NCBI GenBank assembly: GCA_963720545.1
Contig: OY970399.1
Location: forward strand, 2,848,001-2,912,000
DNA: 64,000 nucleotides
Direction of reading: 5' to 3'
Source of the DNA: an uncultured Acidobacteriota bacterium
Lineage (GTDB): Bacteria > Acidobacteriota > Vicinamibacteria > Fen-336
In this document: positions 12,071-22,421 of the stretch, in pieces
Position numbering within the stretch: the stretch's first letter is position 1
Layout of the letters: each line of letters begins with the position of its first letter
Position numbers and translations under genes: made by a program
Notes under the pieces: model-generated
What the model was told of the DNA's origin: nothing
The model's input: only the letters and a program-made list of their open reading frames with translations
Database searches by the model: none

Positions 12071-13168
12071 CTACTGCTTGACCTTGACCGTGACCCCGGG
12101 CTTCACGAACTGCAGCCCGGTGACGATCACTTTCTCGCCTTCCTTCACGCCTTTCAGGACCACCCACTCCTCGTCGATGCGCGGGCCGAGCTCGACGTTG
12201 CGCATGTCCACCTTGCTGTCGCCGCCCACCACCGCAACGCGCTGCCCGCCCTGCAGCTCGATCACCGCCTTCTGCGGCACCAGCAGCGCGCCCGGCACCA
12301 CCTCCATGTCGGCGCGCACCCGCGCGTATTGGCCGGGGCGCAGGACGTGCTGCGGATTGGGGAAGAGCCCCTTGATCGTCATGGTGCCGGTGCGCGGGTC
12401 CACCTCACGGTCGGCATTGATACCGCGGCCGGGCAGCGAATAGGTGGTGCCGTCGTCGAGGATCAGGTGCAGGACCGGGCCTTCCATGGTGGTCGCGTAG
12501 GTGGCGCGGTTGATGCGCAGCGCGCGCCGCATGTATTCCTGCTCGCTGATGCCGAAAGTCACCCGGATCGGGTCCACGGTTGAGACCGTCGTCATGACGG
12601 TCGTCGGCCCGACGAGCGCGCCCACCTGGGTGTTGGCGATGCCGACGATGCCGTCGATCGGCGAGGTGACAGTGGTCCAGTTGAGGTTCAGGGACGCCTG
12701 GTCACGCGCCGCGCGCGCCGACGACAGCGCCGCTGTGGCATTGCGCTGCGCCGAGACCGCATCGTCCACTTCCTGCTGGCTGACGGCGTGCTCGGCCGCG
12801 AGCGGCGTGAAGCGCTCGACGTCCTTGTCGGTCTTGGCCAGCACCGCCTCGGCCTGGCCCACGGCGCCCTGCGCCTGCTCCAGCGAGGCGCGGAAAGCGC
12901 GCGTATCGATCTGGAAGAGCGGCGCGCCGGCCTTGACGAACTGCCCTTCCTTGTAAAGAAGGCGCAGCAGGTAGCCCTCGACGCGCGGCCGGATGTCGGC
13001 GTTGACCGAGCCGTCGAGCGTCCCGATCCACTCGTTCTGGTTGGGGACGTCGCGCTTCACGACCGGTGCGACTTCGACCTCGGGCGGCGCCGCCGCGGGC
13101 GCGGGGGTCTTGCGGCACGCGGGGAAAAACACGACGAGCACGGCTATCGACCACGCCGATTTTTTCAT
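12071..13168 (-). CDS. RND membrane fusion protein (AcrA family)
   Basis: Lipoprotein-like start 'MKKSAW..FPAC', 'IRPRVEGYL', 'SPIDG', 'LRPGQY'. Confidence 0.93.
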   Translation of the reverse strand: MKKSAWSIAVLVVFFPACRKTPAPAAAPPEVEVAPVVKRDVPNQNEWIGTLDGSVNADIRPRVEGYLLRLLYKEGQFVKAGAPLFQIDTRAFRASLEQAQGAVGQAEAVLAKTDKDVERFTPLAAEHAVSQQEVDDAVSAQRNATAALSSARAARDQASLNLNWTTVTSPIDGIVGIANTQVGALVGPTTVMTTVSTVDPIRVTFGISEQEYMRRALRINRATYATTMEGPVLHLILDDGTTYSLPGRGINADREVDPRTGTMTIKGLFPNPQHVLRPGQYARVRADMEVVPGALLVPQKAVIELQGGQRVAVVGGDSKVDMRNVELGPRIDEEWVVLKGVKEGEKVIVTGLQFVKPGVTVKVKQ

Positions 13169-13225
13169 TGCATCCCTGGAGAGCAGTCTTCGATTGTAGC
13201 TCCCGTTTTCCCGACGCGCGGCGGC

Positions 13226-13255
13226 TTGACCATACATTCACGTGAAAGGTAACCT
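13226..13255 (+). promoter_or_regulatory. Putative sigma70 promoter for the actA operon with a palindrome in the spacer
   Basis: TTGACC-N18-TAACCT; perfect palindrome TTCACGTGAA at 13237-13246; in the divergent intergenic region. Confidence 0.35.
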
Positions 13256-13313
13256 CGCGCGACGTCATAGAAATGTCGGAGTCGGCGGCACACGGATCGC
13301 AATATGAGGTTCC

Positions 13314-13961
13314 TTGGCCCAGATTTTCCCCCGCTCACTGAACCGGCTCCCCTTGTACCTGGCCCTCGCGGGTGTGCTGGTGCCGAGCACCGCCGTCGCC
13401 TTCGTCTGGTACTACTTTTCGCCGCGATTCACCGACGTCGGCTACCAGCCTGAACAGCCGGTTCCCTACAGCCACAAGCTGCATGTCGGCGAGCTGCGCC
13501 TCGACTGCCGCTATTGCCACGCCTCGGTCGAGAAATCGTCGGTTGCGAACGTGCCGCCCACCCAGGCCTGCATGAACTGCCACCAGCTGGTGATGCGCGA
13601 CAGCGAGAAGCTGAAGCCGATCCGCGACAGCGCCGCCTCCGGCCAGCCGATGCGCTGGGTGCGCGTCCACAAGCTGCCCGAATACGCGTACTTCAACCAC
13701 CGCGCGCACATCAGCGCCGGGGTGGGGTGCGTCAGCTGCCACGGGCGCATCGACGAGATGGAAGTGGTGCACCAGGAGCAGCCGCTGTCGATGGGCTGGT
13801 GCCTCGACTGCCACCGCAACCCCGCACCCAACCTGCGGCCCCTGTCCGAGATCACCAACATGACGTGGCGGCCGGCGCGCGACGCCAAGGCCCGCGAACA
13901 GCAGATCGCGGCATTGCGACCTGTCCATCCGCCGCAAGACTGCACGGGGTGCCATCGATGA
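13314..13961 (+). CDS. actA: ACIII pentaheme cytochrome c ActA
   Basis: TTG start; 'MAQIFP', one TM, 'QPVPYSHKLHV', five CxxCH (CRYCH, CMNCH, CVSCH, CLDCH, CTGCH). Confidence 0.95.
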   Translation: MAQIFPRSLNRLPLYLALAGVLVPSTAVAFVWYYFSPRFTDVGYQPEQPVPYSHKLHVGELRLDCRYCHASVEKSSVANVPPTQACMNCHQLVMRDSEKLKPIRDSAASGQPMRWVRVHKLPEYAYFNHRAHISAGVGCVSCHGRIDEMEVVHQEQPLSMGWCLDCHRNPAPNLRPLSEITNMTWRPARDAKAREQQIAALRPVHPPQDCTGCHR

Positions 13962-16911
13962 GTTCGGCTTCGTCCACGACGCCCGAATACTGGCGCAGCC
14001 TCGGCGGGCTTGCCGGCAGCGACGAGTCGCGCGAGTACCGCGAGCGCGAGTTCCCGGAAGGCGCGTCGGAAGCGCCCGACGTGCTGACGCGGCGCCAGGC
14101 CCTCACCCTCATGGGTGCGTCGGTTTCGCTCGCGAGCCTGGCCGCCTGCCGGCGCCCCACCGAGCACATCGTGCCCTACGTCAACGCGCCCGAGCAGGTG
14201 ATCCCCGGCGTGCCGCGCCACTACGCGACCACCATGCCCTCGGGCACCAGCGCTTACGGCCTCGTGGTCGAGAACCACGAGGGCCGGCCCACCAAGATCG
14301 AAGGCAACGAACTGCATCCCGCGACCCTCGGCTCGTCGAGCGCCCGCGTCCAGGCCGCGGTCCTCGACCTCTACGACCCCGACCGGTCGCCGTTCGTCAC
14401 GAGCAGGGGCGAGGCCACCAACTGGGACGCATTCGTGAACGCCTGGAAGGTGCGGACGAAGGCGCACGCCGACGACGGCGGCGCATCGCTCGCGCTGCTG
14501 CTGCCGCCCTCCGCGTCGCCAACCCTGTTCCGCGGCGTCGACGCCTTCCGCAAGGCGTTTCCGCAGGCGCTGGTGGTGGTGGCCGGTCCGGTGACCGACC
14601 GCAACGTCCATGCCGGCGTCGCACGCGCCGCCGGGCGCGCGCTCCTGGGCGTGCACCATTTCGACAAGGCGCGCGCGGTGCTCGCGATCGACTCCGACTT
14701 CCTCAACACCGACGCCGAGATGATCCGCAACACGCGCGGCTACGCCGCGGCGCGGCGCCTCGCGAAGGCCGACGACTCGATGGTCCGCTTGTGGTCGGTG
14801 GAGGCCGTCTTCTCCAACACCGGGGCCAACGCCGACCATCGCCTGCGGGTGCCGGCACGCAGCATTCCCGCTGTGGTCGCAGCGCTCGCGGCCGAGCTGG
14901 GCGCGGCGCCTGCCGCCGCCCTGCCCGAGGGTGTCGATGCGGCATGGATCAAGGCGGCGGCGGCCGACCTCACGGCACACAAGGGCGCCTCGCTCGTCGT
15001 CGCCGGGCCGCGCCAGCCGCCGGCGGTGCACGCCGCGGTGCTGGCACTGAACCAGCGCCTCGGCAACCTCGGCGCGACGCTCGAGTATCACGAGCCCGTG
15101 GATGCGCTGCTGCCCACCCCCGGCGGTCTCGCCGAGCTGACGACGGCGCTCGGCGCCGGACGCGTGAAGACGCTGGTGATCGCCGGGGGCAACCCCGCCT
15201 ACGACGCGCCGGCCGATCTCGACTTCCCGAACGCGGCGAAAAAGGCGGAAGAAGTCATCCACCTCGGCCTGCACCGCGACGAGACTGGCCAGCTTGCCAA
15301 TTGGCACATCCCGCAGGCGCACTTTCTCGAGTCGTGGGACGATGCGCGCGCGAGCTGTGGCACGCTGAGCGTGGTGCAGCCGATGATCCTGCCGCTCTAC
15401 TCCGGCAAGAGCACGGCCGAACTGTTGCACCTGCTGGCGTCGTCCGAATCGAAGGCCGCCTACGACCTGGTGCGCGAGACCTGGCAGGGACTGCTCGGCG
15501 CCGACTTCGAGAAGAAGTGGCGCCGCGTCCTGCACGACGGCGTGCTTGGCGGCAGCGCGTTGCCCGCGGTGGCGGTCGCGGCCGGGAACGCGGCATCCGT
15601 CCGCCGGCGAACTCGCCGCGCTGTCGGCACCCGCCGCAGGCGACCTCGACCTCGTGTTCGCGGCCTGCCCAAAGGTCGGCGACGGCAGTGCTGCCAACAA
15701 CCCGTGGCTGCAGGAGCTGCCCGATCCGCTCACCAAGGTCACCTGGGACAACCCGCTGCTCGTCAGCCCGAAAACCGCCGCGGCCAAGGGGCTGAAGGAC
15801 GGCGACATCGTCAAGGTGGAGGCCGGCGGCCGCAGCCTCGAGCTGCCGATCTTCCGCGTTCCCGGCATGGCCGAGCGGACCGCGGTCGCGGTACTCGGCT
15901 ATGGCCGCAGCAGCGCCGGCCGGGCCGCGAACGGCGTCGGCTTTGCCACATATGCCCTGCGCGCGGCGGCGCAGATGGACCTCACCCCCGCCGTCATCAG
16001 CGGGACGGGGCGCAACTATGCCCTGGCGCAGACGCAGGAGCACGGCAGCATGGACGGCCGTTCCATCGTGCGCAGCGCGAGCCTCGCCGCCTATCGCAAG
16101 AACCCGAAATTCGCCGCCGACCACGAGGAGCTCGTTCTCCCTGTGGAAGGAGCACGAGTACAAGAGCAAGCCGCAGTGGGGGATGGTGATCGACCTCGGC
16201 TCCTGCACCGGCTGCAACGCCTGCGCGGTGGCGTGCCAGAGCGAGAACAACATTCCGGTGGTCGGCCGCGACCAGGTGAGCCGCGGCCGCGAGATGGCCT
16301 GGATCCGCATCGACCGCTACTTCACCGGCGAACCCGAGGATGCCGGCGCCGTGTTCCAGCCGGTGCCGTGCATGCAGTGCGAAAACGCGCCTTGCGAACA
16401 GGTCTGTCCGGTGGCGGCGACGGTGCACGACGCCGAAGGCCTGAACGCGATGGTCTACAACCGCTGCATCGGCACCCGCTATTGCTCGAACAACTGCCCC
16501 TACAAGGTGCGCCACTTCAACTTCTACAACTACACCAAGGACACGCCCGAGCTGTTCAAGATGGCGAACAACCCGGACGTCACGGTGCGCGCCCGCGGCG
16601 TGATGGAGAAGTGCACCTACTGCGTGCAGCGCATCAGCGAGGCGCGCATCGACGCGCGGCTCGGGGGACGCGAGCTGAAGGACGGCGACGTCAAGACCGC
16701 GTGCCAGCAGGCGTGCCCGGCCGAAGCGATCCGCTTCGGCGACATCCTCGACCAGCAGAGCGCCGTCGCCACGGCGCGCGCCAGCGACCGCAACTACTCC
16801 CTGCTCGCAGAGCTCAACACCAAGCCGCGCACCACCTACCTGGCGCGCGTGCGCAACCCCGACCCGGCGCTCGAGCCGGAGAAAGACGCGCCGGCGGAGG
16901 AACATGCATAG
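13958..16911 (+). CDS. actB: ACIII subunit ActB (TAT-exported molybdopterin-oxidoreductase-like domain + Fe-S domain), two frameshifts
   Basis: '[23 protein letters not shown]', '[14 protein letters not shown]', '[11 protein letters not shown]', '[11 protein letters not shown]', '[14 protein letters not shown]', '[13 protein letters not shown]'. Frame changes near 15600 and 16135. Confidence 0.93.
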
Positions 16912-17542
16912 TTCGCCGGTCCTGCGCGGCGCGGCCATCGCGCTGCTGGTGGTCACCACCGGGTGCCGTGGCTGCCGCTCGTCGCAGCCGCCGATCCACG
17001 TCAACCCGAGCATGGATCACCAGCCGAAGTACCTGCCGCAGGCGGAAAGCGACTTCTTCTACGACGGCATGACCATGCGCCAGCCGGTGCCCGGCACGGT
17101 GGCGCGCGGCGAGTTGCGCGAGGACACGGTGCTGTTCGACGGCAAGGACGCGGCCGGCGCCATCGTCGCCAACTCGCCGCTGGCGCAGACGCCGGAACTG
17201 CTGGCGCGCGGCGCCGACCGCTACCACATCTATTGCGAGCCGTGCCACGACGCGCGCGGCGACGGCAAGGGCATCCTGTTCGTGCGCGGCAACATCCCGA
17301 CCGCGTCGCTGCACGATCCGACCAAGACCGCGACCGACGGCCACATCTTCGACGTCATCACCAACGGTCAGGGGCTGATGCCCGCCTACAAGTGGCCGCT
17401 GCCGCCCGAGGATCGCTGGGCCATCATCGCCCACGTCCGCGAGCTGCAGCGCGTGCGCGCCGAGCAGGTGGCAAGCGGCGCGGAAGCGGCGCCCGCCCCG
17501 GCGGCGCCCGCCGCAGAGCCGCCCGCCGGAGCGGTGAAATGA
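16904..17542 (+). CDS. actE: ACIII ActE-like monoheme cytochrome c lipoprotein
   Basis: Lipobox 'VTTGC', '[27 protein letters not shown]', CEPCH, 'GLMP'. Confidence 0.88.
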   Translation: MHSSPVLRGAAIALLVVTTGCRGCRSSQPPIHVNPSMDHQPKYLPQAESDFFYDGMTMRQPVPGTVARGELREDTVLFDGKDAAGAIVANSPLAQTPELLARGADRYHIYCEPCHDARGDGKGILFVRGNIPTASLHDPTKTATDGHIFDVITNGQGLMPAYKWPLPPEDRWAIIAHVRELQRVRAEQVASGAEAAPAPAAPAAEPPAGAVK

Positions 17543-19401
17543 ACATCAGGATCACGCGCACCCGCCTGGCGGTCGGAACGCTGCTCGTCACCGGGGTGAT
17601 GTTCGCCGGTGCGGTCGGCCTGGTGCGCACGCTGACCAACCAGGAATACCACGCTCCGGTGATCGCGGAGAAGACCGATTCCGCCGCAGCGCCGCGCGAG
17701 CAGGCGCTGAAGGATGCTTCCGAAGCGCGCCTCAAGTCGGAGCGGGAACGTCCCTACAAGGACGACGAGTACCGTGCCTTCCCGATGGTGGGCAGCCGCG
17801 TCGCGGTCTGGATCATCGCCCAGCTGCACCTGCTGTTCGCGGCATTCGTGCTGGCGGTGCCGCTGTTCGCGCTCATCATCGAGTTCATCGGCTTCCTCAA
17901 GAAAGACAAGCGCTTCGACCGGCTCGCCTACGAATTCACCAAGCTGCTGTCGGTTTCGTTCTCGCTCACCGCCACCTTCGGCGCCTTCCTGCTGTTCATG
18001 CTGGTGGTCCTGTACCCGAAGTTCATGGTGTACCTGACGCACGTGTTTTCACCGACCTTCGCACCCTACGTCGGCCTTTTCTTCTTCGAGGCGTTCTTCC
18101 TCTACACGTACTACTACGGCTGGGGAAAGTTCTCGCCAAAGGTGCACCTGTTCCTCGGCCTCTGCCTCAACCTGGTCGGCACCGGCATCATGCTGATCGC
18201 GAACGCGTGGCTCACGTTCATGACGACGCCCGCCGGCGTCTCCGAGAGCGGTGCCGTCATCAGCACCTGGGACGCCGTCCACAACTACACCTGGATGCCG
18301 ATCAACATCCACCGCATCATCGCGAACGTCGCGTTCGGCGGCTCGGTGGCGGCCGCATACGCTGCCTTCAAGTACCTGGGAGCCACCACCGACGAGGAGC
18401 GCGCCCAGTACGACTGGATGGGCTACATCGGTAACTTCATCGCCATCTGCGCGTTCCTGCCGCTGCCGTTCGCCGGCTACTGGCTGGCGTCGGAGATCTA
18501 CGCCTACTCGCAGACCCTTGGCCTCACGATGATGGGCGGCGCCTTCTCGTGGCTGTTCATCATCCAGGCGGTGCTCATCGGCAACCTGTTCCTCGGCGCC
18601 AACTATTACCTGTGGCTCGGCATGGGCCGGGTGGACGCCTCGCGCCGCTTCCAGGGCTACATCAAGTACCTGCTCATCGTCATCGCCATCTGCTTCGCCA
18701 TCTGGGGCACGCCGCGCTCGATCATCGCCACCGTCTCCGAGACGCGCGCGATGGGCGGCGCTTCGCACCCGCAGCTCGGCTACCTCGGCGTCATGTCGGC
18801 GAAGAACACCGCGGTCAACATCCTCATCCTCACCACCTACGTGAGCTTCCTGCTGTACCGCCGTTCCGGGCGCGTGCCGACAGTCTCGTGGGCGCGGCTC
18901 GGCAACATCGCGCAAGGCGCAATCGCGCTGCTGGCGGGCGGCATCGTCATCTTCCTCGGCATCTACGGCTACTTCGTCGAGGCGAAGGTGCGCATAGGAT
19001 TTTCCGTGCCCCAGGTGGGGTCGGTGCTGACCGCCATGATCGTGGTGACGATCATCGACGTGTTCATGTACCGAAACGCGCGCGACCTGGGTGAAATCCA
19101 CTGGGGGCGCATCCACCCGATCTCGCAGTACGTGCTCATCTTCCTCGCGGTCACGTTCACGTGGCTGATGGGGCTCATGGGCTACGTGCGCTCGGGCCTG
19201 CGCCAGCACTGGCACGTCTACGGCATCATGCGCGACACCTCGGTCGACGCATTTACGCCGACGCTCGGCTTCGCCACTCGCATCGTCTCGGTGACGGTGC
19301 TGCTCTTCTTCATGCTCATCGGCTTCGTGTTCTGGCTCGCGAGCCTCTCCGACCACGACCCCACCGCCGATTCGGGGCATGGCCACGGGAACAAGTCGTG
19401 A
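17539..19401 (+). CDS. Cytochrome bd-like oxidoreductase, CydA homologue without Q-loop
   Basis: ATG overlaps actE stop. CydA-like motifs 'AQLHLLFAAF', 'FFFEAFF', 'ANAWLTFMTTP', 'IHRIIAN', 'MGYVRSGLRQHWHVYGIMR'. No cydB follows. Confidence 0.85.
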   Translation: MNIRITRTRLAVGTLLVTGVMFAGAVGLVRTLTNQEYHAPVIAEKTDSAAAPREQALKDASEARLKSERERPYKDDEYRAFPMVGSRVAVWIIAQLHLLFAAFVLAVPLFALIIEFIGFLKKDKRFDRLAYEFTKLLSVSFSLTATFGAFLLFMLVVLYPKFMVYLTHVFSPTFAPYVGLFFFEAFFLYTYYYGWGKFSPKVHLFLGLCLNLVGTGIMLIANAWLTFMTTPAGVSESGAVISTWDAVHNYTWMPINIHRIIANVAFGGSVAAAYAAFKYLGATTDEERAQYDWMGYIGNFIAICAFLPLPFAGYWLASEIYAYSQTLGLTMMGGAFSWLFIIQAVLIGNLFLGANYYLWLGMGRVDASRRFQGYIKYLLIVIAICFAIWGTPRSIIATVSETRAMGGASHPQLGYLGVMSAKNTAVNILILTTYVSFLLYRRSGRVPTVSWARLGNIAQGAIALLAGGIVIFLGIYGYFVEAKVRIGFSVPQVGSVLTAMIVVTIIDVFMYRNARDLGEIHWGRIHPISQYVLIFLAVTFTWLMGLMGYVRSGLRQHWHVYGIMRDTSVDAFTPTLGFATRIVSVTVLLFFMLIGFVFWLASLSDHDPTADSGHGHGNKS

Positions 19402-19949
19402 GGGTGCCGGTGGTCGTCAAGATCGGCGTGCTGACCATCGCCACCACCAGCTTCTACATGTTCATCGGCCAGCTGGTGCCGCAGAAGGAAGTGCACCCGC
19501 CGAAGGAGACCGCCCTCAAGAAGGAGATGGGCGAGGCCGAGCTGGTGCAGGCGGGCCACCAGATCATGGAAGGCAAGGGGCTGTGCTTCACCTGCCACAC
19601 CATCGGCAAGTCGGGTGCCTTGCGCTTTCCCGACCTCGCCGGCATCGGCGCGCGCGCCGGGACGCGGGTGCCGGGCCTCAACGACGTCCAGTACCTGGCG
19701 CAGTCGATCTACGAGCCGAGCCATTTCATCGTGCCCGGCTTCAACCCCGGCATGCCGGTCATCAACAAGCCGCCCATCGGCCTCACCGACCAGGAAATCC
19801 TGGCCGTGATCGCCTGGCTGCAGAGCCAGGGCGGCAAGGTGAGCGTGACACTCAACTCGAAGGTGTGGCCGCTCGATGCTGCCGGCGCGGCGCCCGCTGC
19901 CGACGCGGCGGCCCCGGCGGCGTCGCCGGCAGCGGAGCCGAAGACCTAG
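19398..19949 (+). CDS. Membrane-anchored monoheme cytochrome c
   Basis: GTG overlaps upstream stop; N-terminal TM, CFTCH, 'YLAQSIYEPS..PGMP'. Confidence 0.88.
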   Translation: MRVPVVVKIGVLTIATTSFYMFIGQLVPQKEVHPPKETALKKEMGEAELVQAGHQIMEGKGLCFTCHTIGKSGALRFPDLAGIGARAGTRVPGLNDVQYLAQSIYEPSHFIVPGFNPGMPVINKPPIGLTDQEILAVIAWLQSQGGKVSVTLNSKVWPLDAAGAAPAADAAAPAASPAAEPKT

Positions 19950-19953
19950 CGCC

Positions 19954-20781
19954 ATGACCTTCCTGTTCTTCAACCTGCCGATCCTGCTCGCCGTGATCGC
20001 GGCGTGGCTGCTGCTGCGGTGGCGCAAGGCCGGCAGCTTCACCTGGACGCTCGCCATCTGGATCGGGATGTTCCTGATCTTCCGCCTCGGCTTCGCGGTG
20101 CCGATCCCGCTCTCGGTGATCCTCCTCTACATGGGCATCGTCTCGCTGGCGCTGACCGCGTACGTGACGTCCGACTCGGAGCGGCGCACGGCGTTTGCCG
20201 CGCCGATCCTGTCGCTGGTGCTCGATCCCGCAAAGAAGCTGTTGCTCGCCGGTGTGCTGGTGCTGCTGCCGGCGCTCGCCGTCGCCGGCGCCTGGCTCAG
20301 CACCCGCGAGAAGCTCGAGGCGCCGGGCTTCGGCCGCACCGTGCACCCGGCGCCGCCCGACACCATCACCGTGCACGACAAGAGCGTCGACCTCGTCAAG
20401 GGCCACAACCCGCTGCGCGAGCTTGAGACCACGAACCCGGAACAGTTCAAGCAGCACCTCGCCAACGGCCGCAAGACGTACTACCAGAACTGCGTCTTCT
20501 GCCACGGCGACGACATGGCCGGCGACGGCATGTTCATCCACGGCCTCAACCCGATCCCGACCAACTTCACCGACAAGGGCAACATCCCGCAACTGCAGGA
20601 GACGTTCCTCTTCTGGCGCATCTCCAAGGGCGGCCCGGGACTACCGGCCGAGGGCGGCCCGTGGGATTCGGCTATGCCCGCGTGGGAGAGGTTCCTGAGC
20701 GAAGAGCAGATCTGGGAAGTGATCCTGTTCGTCTACGACTACACCGGCTACCGGCCGCGAGCCTCGGAGGCGCACGAATGA
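19954..20781 (+). CDS. Multi-TM monoheme cytochrome c
   Basis: About four N-terminal TMs, CVFCH, 'FWRISKGGPGLP..WDSAMPAW'. Confidence 0.88.
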   Translation: MTFLFFNLPILLAVIAAWLLLRWRKAGSFTWTLAIWIGMFLIFRLGFAVPIPLSVILLYMGIVSLALTAYVTSDSERRTAFAAPILSLVLDPAKKLLLAGVLVLLPALAVAGAWLSTREKLEAPGFGRTVHPAPPDTITVHDKSVDLVKGHNPLRELETTNPEQFKQHLANGRKTYYQNCVFCHGDDMAGDGMFIHGLNPIPTNFTDKGNIPQLQETFLFWRISKGGPGLPAEGGPWDSAMPAWERFLSEEQIWEVILFVYDYTGYRPRASEAHE

Positions 20782-22421
20782 TCGGCCGCGGCACCTTCGT
20801 GCGCGTCTTGCTGGCGGCCGCCGTCGCGGGCAGCCCGGCGATCCTCGCGAACGACCTCGACACCGGCAAGAAGGTCTACGACAAGAACTGCGCGCAGTGC
20901 CACGGCGACGCGGGCGACGGCAACGGCGTGGCGGCAGCGCACCTGCGGCCACGGCCCCGCGACTTCACGAGCGGCAAGTTCAAGCTGCGCACCACGCCCT
21001 CGGGCGCGCTGCCGACGGACGACGACCTGAAGCGCGTCATCCGCAAGGGCATGCCGTACACCACGATGCCGGCGTGGCCGAATCTCAGCGACGCCGAGGT
21101 CAACGGCGTCGTGATGTACGTGAAGAAATTCCACGACGGTTTCGCCGACCCGACACAGGCGCCCAAGCCCATCGACCTGCCGGCGGCGCCCGCGTTCAGC
21201 AAGGAGTCGGCGCAGAAGGGCCGCCAGATCTACGTGGACAACGGCTGCGTGCGCTGCCACGGCGACTCCGGGCGCGGCGAAGGGCCGTCCGGCCCGACGC
21301 TCGCGGACGACGCCGGCCATCCGCTGCGCGCGGCCGACCTCAACTACCGCTGGACGTTCCGCGGCGGCCCGACGCGCGAGGACATCTTCCGCACCTTCAG
21401 CACCGGGGTGAACGGCACGCCCATGCCGTCCTTCTACGATTCGCTGAAACCCGAGGAGCGCTGGAACCTCACCGACTACATCTACTCGCTGGGCGATGCC
21501 GACCTGCCGAACTACGCGACGCTGCTGGTCGCAAAGGCGGCCAGCGAAGACCTCGACGTCGCCAAGGGGGCTTCGCTCTTCGATGCGGCGCCGATGGCTC
21601 GCTTCCCGCTCGTCGGCCAGATCATGGAGCCCGGCAGGGCGTTTTCGCCGTCCTCGACGGCGGTCGAGGTCAAGGCGGTCTACGACGGCGCGCGCATCGC
21701 CTTCCTGGTGCGTTGGCACGACATCCAGGCGGACACCACCGGCAAGAATTCGCCGATGCTGGAGGTGCCGCTCGAGGAAGAGTCGTCGTCGGCCGCGCCT
21801 GCCCCTGCAGCTGGCGGCGCTGAGGATCCCTTCGCCGCGGAAGCGGCCGCGCCGGCCCCGGCGGCCGCAGCGCCGGCCGATCCGTGGGGAGACGCCGGCG
21901 CCGAAGGCGCTGCTTCGGGCTCCGCCACGGAGTTCTCCGATGCAGTCGCGATGCAGATTCCGGTGGCGCCGCCCGACGGCCCAGCCAAGCCCTACTTCCT
22001 GTTCGGCGACGGCTCGCGCGCAGTGGACCTGTGGTTCCTGGACACCGCCCAGAAGCGGGTCCACCAGTACGTCGGCCGCGGCACCGGGGCCTTGACGCTC
22101 GCCGAAGGCAGCGAGGTGGACGGCAGCGCCACCTACGCGAACGGCGAGTGGTCGGCGATCTTCATCCGCGACCTGCGCTCGACCAACAGCATCTCGTTCG
22201 CGGAAGGCGGCTACGTGCCCATCTCGTTCTCGGTCTGGGACGGGCTCGACCGCGAGCGCGGCAGCCGCCGCGCCATCACGCAGTGGTTCTACGTGTACCT
22301 CGACCCGATGGAGAAGCCGTCGGCCATCGTGCCGATCGTCACCGCCGGTGCCGCAGTGCTGTTGCTCGAGCTTCTCGGCGTGTTCCTGATCCGCCGCGGC
22401 CGCGCTCGCGCGGCGGCTTGA
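20778..22421 (+). CDS. Diheme cytochrome c fused to an EB_dh (EbdC/NxrC-like heme-b) domain, C-terminal TM anchor
   Basis: Signal peptide, CAQCH and CVRCH, 'FSDAVAMQIP..KPYFLFGD..VDLWF', 'PISFSVWDG..RERGSRR'. Confidence 0.85.
   Translation: MIGRGTFVRVLLAAAVAGSPAILANDLDTGKKVYDKNCAQCHGDAGDGNGVAAAHLRPRPRDFTSGKFKLRTTPSGALPTDDDLKRVIRKGMPYTTMPAWPNLSDAEVNGVVMYVKKFHDGFADPTQAPKPIDLPAAPAFSKESAQKGRQIYVDNGCVRCHGDSGRGEGPSGPTLADDAGHPLRAADLNYRWTFRGGPTREDIFRTFSTGVNGTPMPSFYDSLKPEERWNLTDYIYSLGDADLPNYATLLVAKAASEDLDVAKGASLFDAAPMARFPLVGQIMEPGRAFSPSSTAVEVKAVYDGARIAFLVRWHDIQADTTGKNSPMLEVPLEEESSSAAPAPAAGGAEDPFAAEAAAPAPAAAAPADPWGDAGAEGAASGSATEFSDAVAMQIPVAPPDGPAKPYFLFGDGSRAVDLWFLDTAQKRVHQYVGRGTGALTLAEGSEVDGSATYANGEWSAIFIRDLRSTNSISFAEGGYVPISFSVWDGLDRERGSRRAITQWFYVYLDPMEKPSAIVPIVTAGAAVLLLELLGVFLIRRGRARAAA

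Noticed and set aside
15590..16145. Programmed frameshifting or a natural actB1/actB2 split
   Set aside because: No slippery sequence or separate start; the same indel pattern occurs in other genes, so sequencing error is more parsimonious.
20778..22421. Evidence of nitrite oxidation or ethylbenzene degradation
   Set aside because: Only the heme-b gamma-type domain is seen; no NxrA/EbdA catalytic subunit is present, and the molybdopterin-like gene nearby is ActB.
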